Assembly (NCBI GenBank): GCA_040954595.2
Contig: CM082577.2
Span: forward strand, 10,656,806 to 10,720,805
DNA length: 64,000 nt
Origin: Balanoglossus misakiensis
Lineage: Eukaryota; Animalia; Hemichordata
Reading direction: 5' to 3'
A program made the position numbers and the translations under genes. Positions 46,513 to 61,461 of this stretch are shown here, in pieces. The notes beneath the pieces are model-generated. The model was not told the DNA's origin. It saw only the letters and a list, made by a program, of their open reading frames with translations, and did no database searches. Numbering within the stretch: the stretch's first letter is position 1; every line of letters starts with the position of its first letter.

Positions 46513-49224
46513 AGGCGCTTACCAACTCACAATATAAATCTGGACTCGAGTGTTTTTTCGTTGGGTGGATCTAGTATATATATACATGTACACTTACATG
46601 AAGTCAGTATTGTCATTGAAATTTGAATAAAAGTCCAGATTAATACATGTAGTATGGAATGTAAAAATAACAATTTCTTTTATCATAAAGATAATCTGAT
46701 TGGTGACCAATATATCGATCCAGTATCTTACAAAAACAACTTTATCAAGGTTATCTCAGGTGTTCAATGTTTTGCTTACCTCATTTTGGACCAAATTGCT
46801 GAATACCTGCCTCAAAGGGGGCGGGGGTGCATATATACATATTTGCAAACATACCACCACCGCCACTTCATTGGACGATTTTCTTCCGTGACGTTTTGGC
46901 ATTGGTAACTCCATGCCACGGTCACTCCTGTGCAGTGACCGTGGATTAGCATACACTTACCTAAAACGGCCCTTTTCAGGGCCACAACATTCTCAAAAAG
47001 AGAACTACCGTTATTACGTCGGTTTCGAGAAAAGATTTTGCAAGCCCTGGTTCTAAATCCTCGTACTGATATGATACAAATTATGCCAATGAAGCCTTGC
47101 GAGTTTGAATGGTGGCTCTAACGGTAACGATTTTGCAGTCAGTGTTGAGGAGGGATATTGCGTGTAAATTGTTAAAGGTCTGCTTCTGAACCATTTTCAT
47201 AAAGAAGGGAGAGTATACACCTCTCTTCTAAGAAACATCCAACGAACCACTCTTACGGGCCTGATTCAAAGATGAGATAACCTTACCAAGTCAGAAATAT
47301 CTTTCCAAAAAGAACCGATTGCCCCGGGGTGCACTCCCATAACGTTTGCAGCACAACACACATATTTAGAGTTTGTCAGGGCCACTGTGATTTGAAATGT
47401 CAAAAAACATGACGGAACTAGTTTAGATTTCGATTGCATTCAGTAATATTTATTCGAACATTTTTTATAGTACGCATACATCACTTTAGATATCACCCCC
47501 ACATCTGCAAAGGACAATTGTCTATTCTAAGATTTATCTGTCTATGGTGCATGTGGTGAAACAACAGCACGTCTGACACACGTGGTAACACAGATTTGGC
47601 GTCGAGGGCGGTGTTTTACTGGGGCGTGTGTACGTTGACCGCTTGATCAGTTGATGAACTAACAGACGCCACCTCACTATTAATCTTCGCATTTATAGTA
47701 AAGGCTTCAAGACGATCCCAGGAATACGCCGTGTCCCTCGGTTTTAAATTAAATGTATACTATGTCAAGAATATCAGCAAATTACAAGTAACCAAATCAG
47801 AAATCTACATCAACTTGAATTACTTTTTTTTCTCCACGCCGGAATATCTATAAAGCTCACACAGCAATCTAAATAGTCAGAAAAACAAACACATTGAAAT
47901 GCTTCATTGATATATGGTTCAAGAGTATGGTTAAAGATCACACAAGTATCTTAAATGTCAGAGAATTTTCAAGGCATTGAAACGCTGCGTGGATCAAACC
48001 AGTGTTCCCTCTAAGGTCTGTTTGCACTAGAATTAAGAATTTTCATGTTCTTGCGCTCATAACTTTCAGTCATATTGTTTGATTTTAGAAGTTGATTATA
48101 CTAAAGCCTAAACTCAAGGCCACAGACGATATCCCAGTGCCACTTGAAGTGTGATTTAAGGAAATAGTGTTTGAGTAAAAGAAAAAAGTAATGGTTCAGT
48201 TTTTTCGTCCAGTCAATGGTATGTCCAGAAGAGGGACACCCCTTTCGGACCATTGCCAAACTGGGCAGCAACCAAGGTGCCTTCTGGGTACCACAGAAAT
48301 GCGCACCTATACCCAAAACCTCAAAGGGAACACTGATGTCCAAGACTATTTTCAGTCCCGAATTACAATTTCCTTTCAATTTGACCATACACTACAAAAT
48401 CATCAAATTTGTGATAGAAATAATTATTAGATCTTAAATGACATACGCAGAGATATCTGCTTGACAAAACAATAAAAATGGTTAAAGGGTGGGGGTCGTC
48501 ACGTCTGCTGTTCACACAGAACACAGTTTTTAGCAAGTCAATAATGTAGGTGTAAAGTGTACATGCTACAATGTACACAATTGCAAACACTGAGTTGTAA
48601 CTTTTTTTAACATTTCCCATTTACTTTTATATAGCACATAATGGTGTTCAGGGTCTACTAGAACACCGGGGAAATGCCAATGGTGTTTTTATAAACAAAA
48701 AGTCGCACATGTACAGTTCGGACGACCGACACCCTCTAAAATAAAAGGCCACCATTATACCATACGAACACTCTATCCCACAAACTATATGCTAGTAAAA
48801 CAAAAGTCGTGTTTTCATATGTTTACATACATTGTATAACACTCTAATCTACTCAAAATAACATCTTAATATAAAATGCAAGAATCATGGGTTATGATTT
48901 TTAACAAGAATTAATGAGTTGATCTATACGAAACATTTTCGTATTATTTCCTAATAAAACTGTTGAAATTTTATGCATAGCATGATGAACAAATCTCAAA
49001 TTACATGAAAAGAAATATTAAAATATATTTTTATCCGGTTGATAAAATCACAGAAATGCGATATTAATGGTTTTGTCAAATTGTCTCCAAAGATTTACAA
49101 TACCAAATGAAAAAGCAAAGTCTATTCCATTCACGCCAAAATTTACACTAAGCCATTTAAAAAGGAACGTGGATTGTGGAATCGTACTTTCTGGCAAGAC
49201 TATTTAACCCTTAAGCTAAATCCT

Positions 49225-49860
49225 GGTGTCAGAGAAAACTGAAATCATCGCTTTTAACAAAATGATAAAATCTAGTTTGAATAAAATGCAATCCTTATAC
49301 CCTATAACCAAACTACTTGAAACAAAAAAACCCACAACTAACAACGAATGTAATACGATCAGCCTACTTTGTGATAACAGTGTACATTTTCCAATCGAAA
49401 AATCACGTCTTACTTACTGAAATCCTCGCTTACGAGTCTTAGCATTACCGACAAAATCATAAAATATAGTTTGAATAAAATACCACCCTTATACCCTATA
49501 ACCTACTACTTGAAACTAACAATGAATGTCAAACAATATTGTGATAAAAGGTACATTTCCCTTTCGAAAAATCGTGTCTTACACACTGAATTCCTCGCTT
49601 TTTAGTCTTAGCTGTACTGACAAAATGACAAAATATATTTTGCATAAAATGACATTCTTTTATCCTATAACCAAACTACTTAAAACTAACAATAAATGTC
49701 AAACAATTTCGTGATAAAAAGGGTACATTTCCCTATCGAATTACCGTGTCTTACACACGGAAGTCCTCGTTTTTCAGTCTTAGCACTACTGACAAAATTA
49801 TAAAATATAGTTTTAATAAAACATCACCCTTATACCCTATAACCAAACTACTTGAATACA
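49225..49860. repeat. Degenerate tandem repeat of ~170-190 bp, about 4 copies
   Basis: The motifs TATACCCTATAACCAAACTACTTGAA and GTACATTTCC...TCGAA...GTCTTAC recur at regular spacing. Confidence 0.75.
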
Positions 49861-50360
49861 AGCAAATTACAATGAATTTAAGTAAAACAAATCCATCTTC
49901 TATGTAATAAAAAACATGTTCAACTCAAGTTAGAAAACATAAAGATCATGAGATAATTGACAAACAGACTAATTAATCTCACAAACAATTGCTTGTCTTA
50001 TGATTGATGTTGTGAAATTGACACCACATATAAATTCGTCACTAACAGCAAAAACCGTGAAAAAATTACAAACATCATTTCAACGTTGCATAGAGTGGCC
50101 ATTTAAAGTAACTTTAAATAGCATGAAACTTTAAATAGCATGAAATGCTCAGGACTTTGCTAAATTGCTCCAACATTTCATAAACATACCTAAACTTAAA
50201 TTTTGTATAATTTTTCGGATTGACACTTAACAGATAATTCTAGCAATGATTTCGTTGTGGTGATTATACCTCAACAGTGTCCAGCCGTGAACTGCCTCTG
50301 CAGCATATGGTTTCCCAGGTAACCTCTGACCTCCTGAAGTTCATAGGAGTATCCAGTCGT

Positions 50361-53300
50361 TCAGACGTCCATTCTAGATATTTAGAGAAAAGGAACAAGT
50401 GTCACAACATATAAACAGTTTTGAAGAGCAAGGCTAGCACGGTAATTTAAAGGGACAAAGTGAATCAACATTCAACCACACACAACTTCCATCCCGCTTG
50501 TAGACACGAGAGTGAAAAATTTCGCCAAAATGAATAATCGGTTTCTATCATTTATTCATTTTGGGTGAGTTTTTACTCATAGAAGCGGGATGGAAGTTGA
50601 GTGTGGTTGAAGTTCATTCACTACATATACACATGTACATTAACATAAACGGTGTCCTGCATCAAACATAATTAAAGGGGCAGCGAGAGAGAGACTTTGT
50701 CCCTTTAATGATATGCGAACGTGAATGTTGTGCAGACGACGAAGCGTTATAGCTTGTTGTCCATAACACGAATCGTTCACGTTATAGGCAAAAGACATTA
50801 TATTGAATATTGAGTAGTTTTGCTGAATATACGGTTTACAGAACAAAGGGTGACCCCTCACCTGTTGCATGGTTGGACATTAATGTCGATCTTCGCTTAC
50901 GGCATTTTAGACCATTCCTCCAGTGTTCTCTCACAAGCTTCTACCCGCCGTACCAGAGGTTCACGGCCCAGAGTGCGAAGTATATCTTTCAAGAGCCTCA
51001 GATCTTTCTCTGAAATGTTACCTTTAACCTGTAACCTCTGGAATATGGCCGCAGGACTGTCAAGTTTCTCCAGTTCCCTCTTTGGAATTTGTTGTCCTTC
51101 CAGTAGGTTTCTCAAGCGTTTCTCATCATCCCCGTCCATTTCTTGTTCTAAATCATCGTATAGTCTTTTCAGGGGATGAAGTCGGGAAGCGCTCTTCTTC
51201 CTACTGGCGACGAAAAAGGGGAAATGTGCATACTAGTCTTATTACTCATCAAATCGGGTATGCATAATCTAATTACTCATTCGTTACGACGCGATCAATG
51301 ATTTGATCCCTGCAGCCGCAGCTTTCATAAGCGGGTGTTAAGGCACCACTTATATCTCTAAAATATAATTTATAAAGAACCACAGGAATGCTATCGCCGT
51401 TTAGTTAGATGTTTGACTTACAGGCCATTTGTCTCTTGATTGATTATACAAACAATATTTTTCTGGGTTTTCATATTATTGTGAGTTGTAGTAGTCATCG
51501 GATTGCCAACAACGGTTAATTACAGAGTGGGGCATCATGCTAATCAGGTGAGGTTGATTTCAAATTGATAATAAAAATCTGCACGAACCGAAACATTATG
51601 CACGGAAACTATGGAACTCACAAACGAAGGAACATTCAAAAGATATTAAAACATATCTTTCCGTCAGAGCATGCAGTGTGGTGTTAACCATGAGGCGTGC
51701 AAAGTGTATTGTAATATTAACTACCTCCCACTTTCCGCAGAATCCTGGCTACGTACACTTGTTCCCATTTCCATCCGTCCATCATGATCTAAAATTAAAA
51801 CGAAAGTCAGAAATGATTTTATTTCTTGCTGTCACTAAATGAAAACAATATTACCTTTAGAAAAGTGGCTTTATGTTTTTTTGCTATATACATGTAATGA
51901 GTCAAATTTGTACGTAAGCTGTGCATTGACTGACATACCACACGCAAGATGTCTAAACCAACGAATTAATGACTTGTGGTTATCAGCAAAAGACCACCGA
52001 TGTATAACTCACTTCAGTTAACAATCTAAACGAGAATGTCTTTGGGCGGTCAGTGATTAAGAACTCCTGATAATAAATATTATGCTATATTTACAGTTGA
52101 CTAAGTGGATAATGTCGTTTAAGAAACCCTTAACAGTTGTTCTAAATACCCAAAAGCTCACCTTTGCCATACCACATATCCAAAACTGGAGACTTAATAG
52201 ATGTGGCGCTCTGAGGACAGACGACGTGTCTTGTGTTTTCCGTTTCTTTGATTTCAACACATCGGTCATCTGTATCTTCAGAACCTTCAAGTAATTTCCC
52301 CGGAGTGTGATTTGGACAGTCGCACTTAATGCAGACTTTGTACACCAAGCCGGGAGCGTATGTCTTGATAAGTTGTTGTAATTCGGTGACAACCTCCTTG
52401 TACACGTTTCTGAGATACTGTGGATGTAGGCGCGGGTCACGTTGGGAGTCGTTGAGAAGTATTGCGTCAAGCTCGATATCCGATCCACGTTTACAAAGAG
52501 TTATTTGCAAATCTTCTCGGATGATGAATATGCGAGCTTTATGCCGTCGCAGGACGATTTCTCGGTTGGGCCATCGCTTCAAGCATCGGACAACAAGTCG
52601 GTAGAATAACCCCTCCGGCAGGAAATTCCCCGTGAAATGGAAATAGAGTGGACCGCATGATTTGGAGCCTGCTGGGAACACAGCACTATTCTTCCCTTCT
52701 GTGTCCTTCTTCAGTAGACTCGGTACATAATATACGCCAGGTTTGCCAGGCATCTCCCAAAGGACGTCATACCTCGTCAATGTTGCCAGGAGAATCGCTT
52801 TGTCATGCAGGCGCTTGTGGCCTTTCAGTAGATAATCCAACAACTCGTCATGCAATCTTCCTTCACCATGCAACTCCTCAATCAGACTGGTGATTTTGGG
52901 TTTGACGTATACGTTTGCTTCCTGGTCTGCAACTGACGTCGACTGGGTGATCAATATCTTGAACAGGTTTACTAACCATCCAACATCCAAGATGACAGTT
53001 TCTCTGAGTTCTGGTATTGACGTGAGGTGTAGAATTTCACCGACATCGTGATAGAACGCCAAAGCTTTGCTTATTTCTTCTTCCCCCATTTCCAAATCTT
53101 TTCCCAACTTCTTCACTTCGTCTAAGGTCATCGTCTGCTTCTGCTGCCGCCTCAGTGACAATTCTAAGCGCACCCACTTTACGGATACTTCCCCCAGATA
53201 GAAATGATCCTTTGCAAGCTCCTGTATCTTTTGTCGAAGATATACAACGCCTGGATCTTGAACGGTGCCATCGCCTTTCCTTGACTTGTTGTCAATGGCA

Positions 53301-53911
53301 ATCTTGTCGACTACATGTGCATTAACTGCCTTGGTTGCATGTTTTCTAAGATAGTTCTCGATCTCGTTAAGACGTTCCTTGGCCGCTCTTTCGATATCTT
53401 TGTCTTCATTCGAACGAGGGCGGTTTCCCTGCAAGTAGGAGAAATAAAAAAACTGAAGATTGTGTTATACCAATGATATCTCTAATGCATAGGAAGCAGC
53501 ACGTGTTGTACAATGTGTACGATATACATGTATGCATATTTAAGTGTTTCTTTCCCAATAATTACATATCCCACTGTAATTCAAGTGAAACAATGTGTTT
53601 CAGTAAACGACTTGCCAATGAATGCTTAACTGAATGCCCTACCTGTACGAGTAGGTCTTTCTTGGTTCCTAAGAGGATAACAGGTGGTGCAAGTGTTTCT
53701 TCTACACTTTTATCTGGTGCTGCTGTTTTATCTGGTGTTGCTGTTTTATCTGGTGTTGCTGTTTTCTCTGGTCTTGCTGTTTTATCTGGTCTTGCTCTTG
53801 CATGGGTATGAATCGAGTTCGTCCAAAAACTAAGGAATTCTAAAATTAAACGTAGTTGCCTTAGAAAGGGAGTTATACGTGAATGGGGGGGGGGGGGGGG
53901 GGAGTATTTCG

Positions 53912-53951
<40 letters not shown>

Positions 53952-54959
53952 GTGTGTGCGCGCACGCGTCCGTTTGCGTGAGTGGCTGGATGAATGAATG
54001 GATTAAAGGTATACAGCCACCTCCAATGTAAACACGCCCATATATGTCAGAAATGGCGTATTTGAGTGTTCTAATAAAAGAACATATAGAGGCGCTTTTT
54101 TTTTCGCGTGTGTCACCCACTGAAAATCTGTGATTGCTTAGATCTCAATTTGCCATGGTAACTGTACCTACATTTGCAAAGGTGACTGTATACCTTTAAT
54201 GGGGAAGGTGGTAGGGAGGCATATATCTGTGAATGAAATATTTCACCGGGTAATATAAGGTTTTAAGGTTTGGGTTTTAGTTTTGCTTTTCGAATGGTTA
54301 AGCAAGGTGTAATGTTTCCAGACTTTCTCTTCGTCAGACAGGATTAGTTGACTGGGCTATTGATATATCGGAGCTAAAAGTTAAGACTGTCTTTATCCCA
54401 TATATAAAGGTCTGTCAACTTGCCCCAATGTTTGTTGTGATTTATTTCCCAATGGCCAAATAATGAGAGTACTTCTGAAAGTTTTCGCAGTTAACGTTTC
54501 CAGTTGGATGAATAGCAAAACTGTGGTTTCAAAATTATGCTGCAATAACGACAGATGACAGCCATGCGCCCACATAAAACTTGACGGGGTGCAAGCCGTC
54601 AATGTGGCCTGAAACGACGCTCTGCATGTGATGATTTTATCTTCAAATTGAAATAAATAAATAAATAAATAAATTAATAAATTAATAAATAAATATATAT
54701 GGAGGGTATGAGTGCAATCTTTCAATTTTGTTAATAAATGTTAATGGGTCAAATGTAAATGGTAAATACCCTTTACTTTCCAGTCGTTGTCCAAATCGTT
54801 AGACATGGTATCGTCGAGGGATTTGGTGAGGTCAGTGACAAGAAGGTAAATTGCTCGGCTACCAAGAAAAACCTGAGAGAGAGAGAGAGAGAGGGGGGGG
54901 GAAGGGAGAGTGAGAGAGAGAGAGAGAGAGGGAGCGAGAGAGCGAGAGAGAGAGAGAGG

Positions 54960-55036
<77 letters not shown>

Positions 55037-55043
55037 AGGGATG

Positions 55044-55125
<82 letters not shown>

Positions 55126-56542
55126 GGGGGGGGAGAGAGAGACTTGAGGAGTTCATGCGTAGCAGATAACATATATTACATGTTCGACAGCCTGCTGGAG
55201 TTCAGGGCACAATTGTACATGTACATTGGAAAGGGAAAATTAAAAAAAAATGCAAATTGTCTACGATATCAATGTGAACATTTTGCAATATTAACCGTGG
55301 CTGCATTATCATAGCTCTTACGTCAAAGCTGCATATTTCATGCCAAAACGGTAGAAGATTATAGAACATATACCTGATGGGTTATGTGGTAAAGATTTTG
55401 TACCGCATAATCCCACAAATTGAAGTACATATCAGGTACATTATGGTCCCTAGGTGTCTCCAAACGCCTGCTGAGTCGTTTCTGAACATCCCGTATTCCT
55501 TCTCCTTTCAGCTTGATTGCATCCAGTACATCGGCTATTTTGGCATAGTCCGTGGAAGATGCTCTAACCGAGCTACGTGATGTGTTATCGGCCATCCCAA
55601 GAAGAAGAACATCTTCTAGCAACTTCTGGGTCCCTTCTGAAGATTGTGCGCTTTGGAAATCGGTGACACATTCTAAACAAGAGGACGGAATGTGTCATAC
55701 ATTCCATTCATTAAATCAGTTATCAAAACAATGGGCTTTCATGCCGATTAAAGTGGTCGACTTGCTTTTTGTTATTGCCTCCGTGACTGATTCCTGTCCT
55801 GACCCGACGAATGGATTATAATGAAATATATCTTAGATTATGAACCCTGATCAACCCAATACCCGCCAGTAATGCACAACGTCTCTTCGCAAACTGTCGT
55901 CAGTTACATTGTAGTTGTAGAATACAAGTAGGGGGCCTAATAATGATTTAGTCGGCATCTCGTAAAATAGCATCAGTGGAAACATGCTCCCGTTTGATTA
56001 GATCACATTTACGTTGCAATACGAATATTAATAAAGAATCATGGTTTTAAAATTTGCAACATAAAATCTTAGCCCCTTCCTGGGATCTCACATCATTTAA
56101 ATTTGTCATTAAGTTCAATAGAAATGCTTATAAAACGTCCACCAAGTTTTAACGACCTGAGTAGACCTTCCTACATGATTTTTAGCGTACGTGGTAGCTG
56201 TGTACAATATTACAATTAGACCAAAACTTAATGACATGAGGCGCCGCTGCGATAAATAACCTAATTTCTTACTATGAGGCGCCGCTGCGATAAATAACCT
56301 AATTTATTACTGTCACAGAAAAAGATACCATTAATTATCCAATCTGTGATGTCTATCTTGTATATATCGGCTCCATCAGTCCTGTGATATATTTCTTGAA
56401 AAGGCTCGTCGAATAGACTCCGTTTGGTTGATGTCTTTCCAGCACCATATGCCCCAACTAACATAATACGACCTCGATAGATCTTTTTTAGTGTAGATGA
56501 ACTTTCTGAAGACGTCTGCAACTTCCTGTTTAAATCTACAAC
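50361..56542 (-). CDS. ROCO-family GTPase (Roc-COR) with C-terminal death effector domain; 5' exons lie upstream or outside the window
   Basis: In-frame exons 56329-56542 (P-loop GAYGAGKTS), 55374-55672 (WDYAVQ..YHITHQ), 54770-54872 (VFLGSRAIYLLV), 53643-53839 (FW..SIH; VILLGTKKD), 52162-53428 (COR: ALAFYHDVGEILH, VILDVGWLV, LPEGLFYRLVVRC), 51725-51788, 50901-51203 (DED-like). Ends either at TAA 50897-50899 or in a short final exon 50361-50373 (PMDV*). Confidence 0.85.
50451..50704. mobile_element. Kolobok-like MITE
   Basis: TTAA|AGGGACAAAG ... CTTTGTCCCT|TTAA; related to 26214-26516. Confidence 0.75.
53708..53797 (-). repeat. Coding 18-bp minisatellite (A[RTA]P[DE]KT x5) inside the Roc domain
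   Basis: GCA A[GC]A CCA GAT AAA ACA units are in frame in exon 53643-53839. Confidence 0.85.
54007..54195. mobile_element. Kolobok-like MITE
   Basis: TTAA|AGGTATACAGCCACC ... GGTGACTGTATACCT|TTAA; related to 24956-25130. Confidence 0.8.
54875..55141. repeat. (GA)n/G-run microsatellite that forms the polypyrimidine tract of a ROCO exon
   Basis: Directly visible; abuts the CAG acceptor at 54873-54875. Confidence 0.9.
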
Positions 56543-57023
56543 CTGAACATTGATGAAGAACGAATATAATATAATATATATAATATAATATAATATAATA
56601 TAATATAATATAATTAAGGATTTATATAAGTATATTTATAATGCATACACACTTAAATGCAGCATTAAGTTGGGATTGTGAGGTTATCGTGTGATTCATC
56701 TCCTCAGCGAAGAGGTGAAATTAGGCGATAACCGATTTATCATATGCCATTGCGTGCTCCAATTGTTTGCACAGAGATCAAACACTGACAAATAAAAGAA
56801 ACACTTGTCAAATGACAAACTCAATAGTTGCACTCGTTCGATTTATTTTCTCGCGCGCTAAACTTTAATTGTTGAAACAACATATTTGTGGTAAATACAT
56901 GTAACTAAGCTATGTGTTTAAATGTAAAACTGTGAACACATTGCACGAATGTATCTGCATTCATGGCAAATACCGACTTAGATTACTAGTAATCATTCCA
57001 ATCAATCGAACCGAACCTATAGC

Positions 57024-58690
<1,667 letters not shown>

Positions 58691-58703
58691 TGAAAGTGAA
58701 AGC

Positions 58704-60413
58704 TTACAGGTCATAGTGAAAATTAGTGAAATATGTGACTGGCACTGCCACCTCTATCACATGCATACTATTGGTTAACTCATGAAATTCAAAACTGTGA
58801 TGCTGAGAAATGTGCCATCTGCTTAAATGGTCAGCTAAGCGATTATCCTGACCCTGAATATGCACCGCTTTAAGTTCAAAACTATTGAGTGCGGACACTA
58901 GCCATAACTCTCGTCAATATTGAAGCATATGAAGGTCTCGTGAGCGACCTGAATTAATGACAGTGACTGTTGCCATATTATCGCAAAACACCTGAATGCG
59001 CTGGCCTTTCCACAGATGGCCCACAGACGACACGCAACAAGCACTGTTAAAAGTTCTAACGCATTAATATGTAAACCCTGACTAGTAACAGGTAAAGGAA
59101 ATTCTGTGTGAAAATACAGTCCTTGAGAAAAGCCCCCGCAGCCTGAGAGGCAGGCGTCAGTAGAAAAAACGGCATCTGGTGTACTCCATCTAGAAGCTGG
59201 GATAACAGATACTCCGTTGTATAAAGGTAAAAAGGTACGCCACCAAACTAAGTCAGCGAAGAATTGCGAATCTAGAAAAATGCGAGGTGATTTAAACTGC
59301 TGTCTAAGTAACTGTAACATACGGGAGAAAAACACTCGTCCTGAGCGAACACATGTGGCAACTGAATTCAGCTTGCCTAACAAAGACTGAAATTGACGCT
59401 TGGGAACAGAGACTTTTGTGTCCCACTCATCAAGCTCTGTGAGTAGGGTGGATAACTTGTGTGCTGGAATGCGCATGGTCATAGCCACAGTGTCGAATTC
59501 AATACCGAGAAAAACCATGCAAGTGGACGGCGCTACTGCTTTATCCTGCGCCTCCTCTAGACCGAGCTGTGATAAAAGTCGACCAAGGGATTCAAAGGCT
59601 GCCATGGCTTTGTCTGGCGCCTCTGCACCCCCAAAATCATCTAAATAATTGATGCCAGCGTAACCATTCTGTCTAAATAAATACATAACTGCATTTGTGG
59701 TACGTTGGCAGGCTAATGCAGCAGAGCGAAGCCCGAAGGGAAAAACACGATCAAAAAAGAATAAATGATGCCATGAAAAACCAATGAGATTATAATCTCG
59801 AGGGTCAATGAAAATTTGCCGATAGCTCGGCGTAAGTCTCTCTTGTATAACAGGCAACCGGGGCCTTTGTCCTGGATAATTTGTGAGAAATGATCTAAAG
59901 ATGGGTACGACAGTTTTATGTGATAACCATCATAAAAGTCTGAAGAGATTCCGTCATTGACAGAAAAGTGTTCTGGAAAGCTGAGGTCCATGACGACGCG
60001 ACGGCGTGAAGAGTCCTTTTTGGGCACAGTTTGAAGTGGAGACACCACGAACCCGTGAGGAAATGGGCTGATTGTGAAAGGTCCGGCTGTGGCCCCAGCG
60101 GCGACTTCAGTGCTGATGAAGTGGTCCACATCGTCGGGAAACATCAAGGCCGAAGGGTGATTATGGATGTCGAAGACTGGTAACGTGTCACGGGTATAAC
60201 CGATAGGCCAGCCAAAATGGTGATAGTCACAAATGATATTGTCAGCATAATGTGCCAGCAGTGATCTCCATAACGGCAACACTAATTTAGTCGGAACGGG
60301 ATATTGAGACCTTGGTAGTTTGGTAACCCGGATGTAGAAACTTGCGCATGTAAGGCACAAATATTGGCTAAAGAAAGTTCCGATGAGGGAGACGTGCTCG
60401 ACGGAAAGTTTAA
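58704..60413 (-). pseudogene. DIRS-type reverse transcriptase/RNase H, frameshifted
   Basis: Motifs SPLQTVPKK..RRVVMDLS, KRDL..AYRQI, FPFGLRSA, NYLDDF, FSTDAC, INALEL, CDN, NRLADHLSR. Frameshifts at ~59825 and ~59015 and an in-frame TGA at ~58915. Confidence 0.9.
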
Positions 60414-61016
60414 AGCCCCAGTATTTCTCGTGTGCATCCATTTTTCATCATCGAAAAAAGCCCGTTTTTCCAGTACATCCATCATGGAATACTATATAAT
60501 GAAGATGTAAGAAAGGTTTGGGCAACTGTAGCTACATGCAAGCCGAAAATATCGCCCGTAACACTTGAAATGATGCGCGGGTTTGTTTACAACGGAAATG
60601 TTGTACATGTCGATCAGCAAACGTGCCACTTTGACATTTTGATGGTCAGACCATTTTCGGATTTGATCTGGTTCCATCGACTGATTCCTCCCATAAAGTT
60701 ATCTTCCCAAAATTTGGCCGAATTAGTGCGCATTTCTTCGCTGAGTCGCTTGATTTGGGGCGACCAAACCTCTTCCGCATAGATTCACATTTGAGTGCGC
60801 ATGCGCACTAGTCACGTGTGTCAACATTAGCCTGACTCACGTGACTTTCTGTCCGGACAGAAAGTCATTCTTCACTCGTTATATTGTAAATTGTATGAGT
60901 TTATCAGCAGAGCTGGGGATGGTGACTGTTCGATTCAGTATCAATTATCATCTACTTTTAGAAATTATAGATGCCGTTTCAAACAAAATTTTGCCCCTAC
61001 GAGAAATACTGTGGCT
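60414..61016. mobile_element. 603 bp Kolobok-like MITE nested in the DIRS element
   Basis: TTAA|AGCCCCAGTATTTCTCGT ... ACGAGAAATACTGTGGCT|TTAA; the empty site is preserved in the adjacent 144-bp duplicate. Confidence 0.88.
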
Positions 61017-61461
61017 TTAAATACAGCGATGTCAGAGGCGAAGCTGAAATCGGAGGAATTGTTACAATGTTTGAAGTGGACGAGGACGGTTGGTCCTCGT
61101 TCGCTGAGTGAGACACAATGTCAGATGATGCGGCTGTATGGCCTGTGCTCGACGGAAAGTTTAAATACAGCGATGTCAGAGGCGAAGCTGAAATCGGAGG
61201 AATTGTTACAATGTTTGAAGTGGACGAGGACGGTGTGTCCTCGTTCGCTGAGTGAGACACAATGTCAGATGATGCGGCTGTATGGCCTGAGATACATGAA
61301 GGGCGTGGTGTATGTGACCAGGGAGCCCGAATGTTAGCGTAGGACGGTGACCGAGCGCTAGAAAATTCTGCCAATGCAGAAGTGTACAGAATGTTCTGTG
61401 AGGAAGAGACGGAACACAATGTAGTCTCTGTGAACATGGGAGTCAACCCAACAACTGAAGT

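Noticed and set aside
56236-56305. Short ~32-bp direct duplication (ATGAGGCGCCGCTGCGATAAATAACCTAATTT)
   Set aside because: Intronic local duplication with no evident function.
56321-56328. GTATCTTT donor of a ROCO intron, U12-like
   Set aside because: It deviates from GTATCCTT and there is no U12 branch near the acceptor at 55673; probably a U2 intron.
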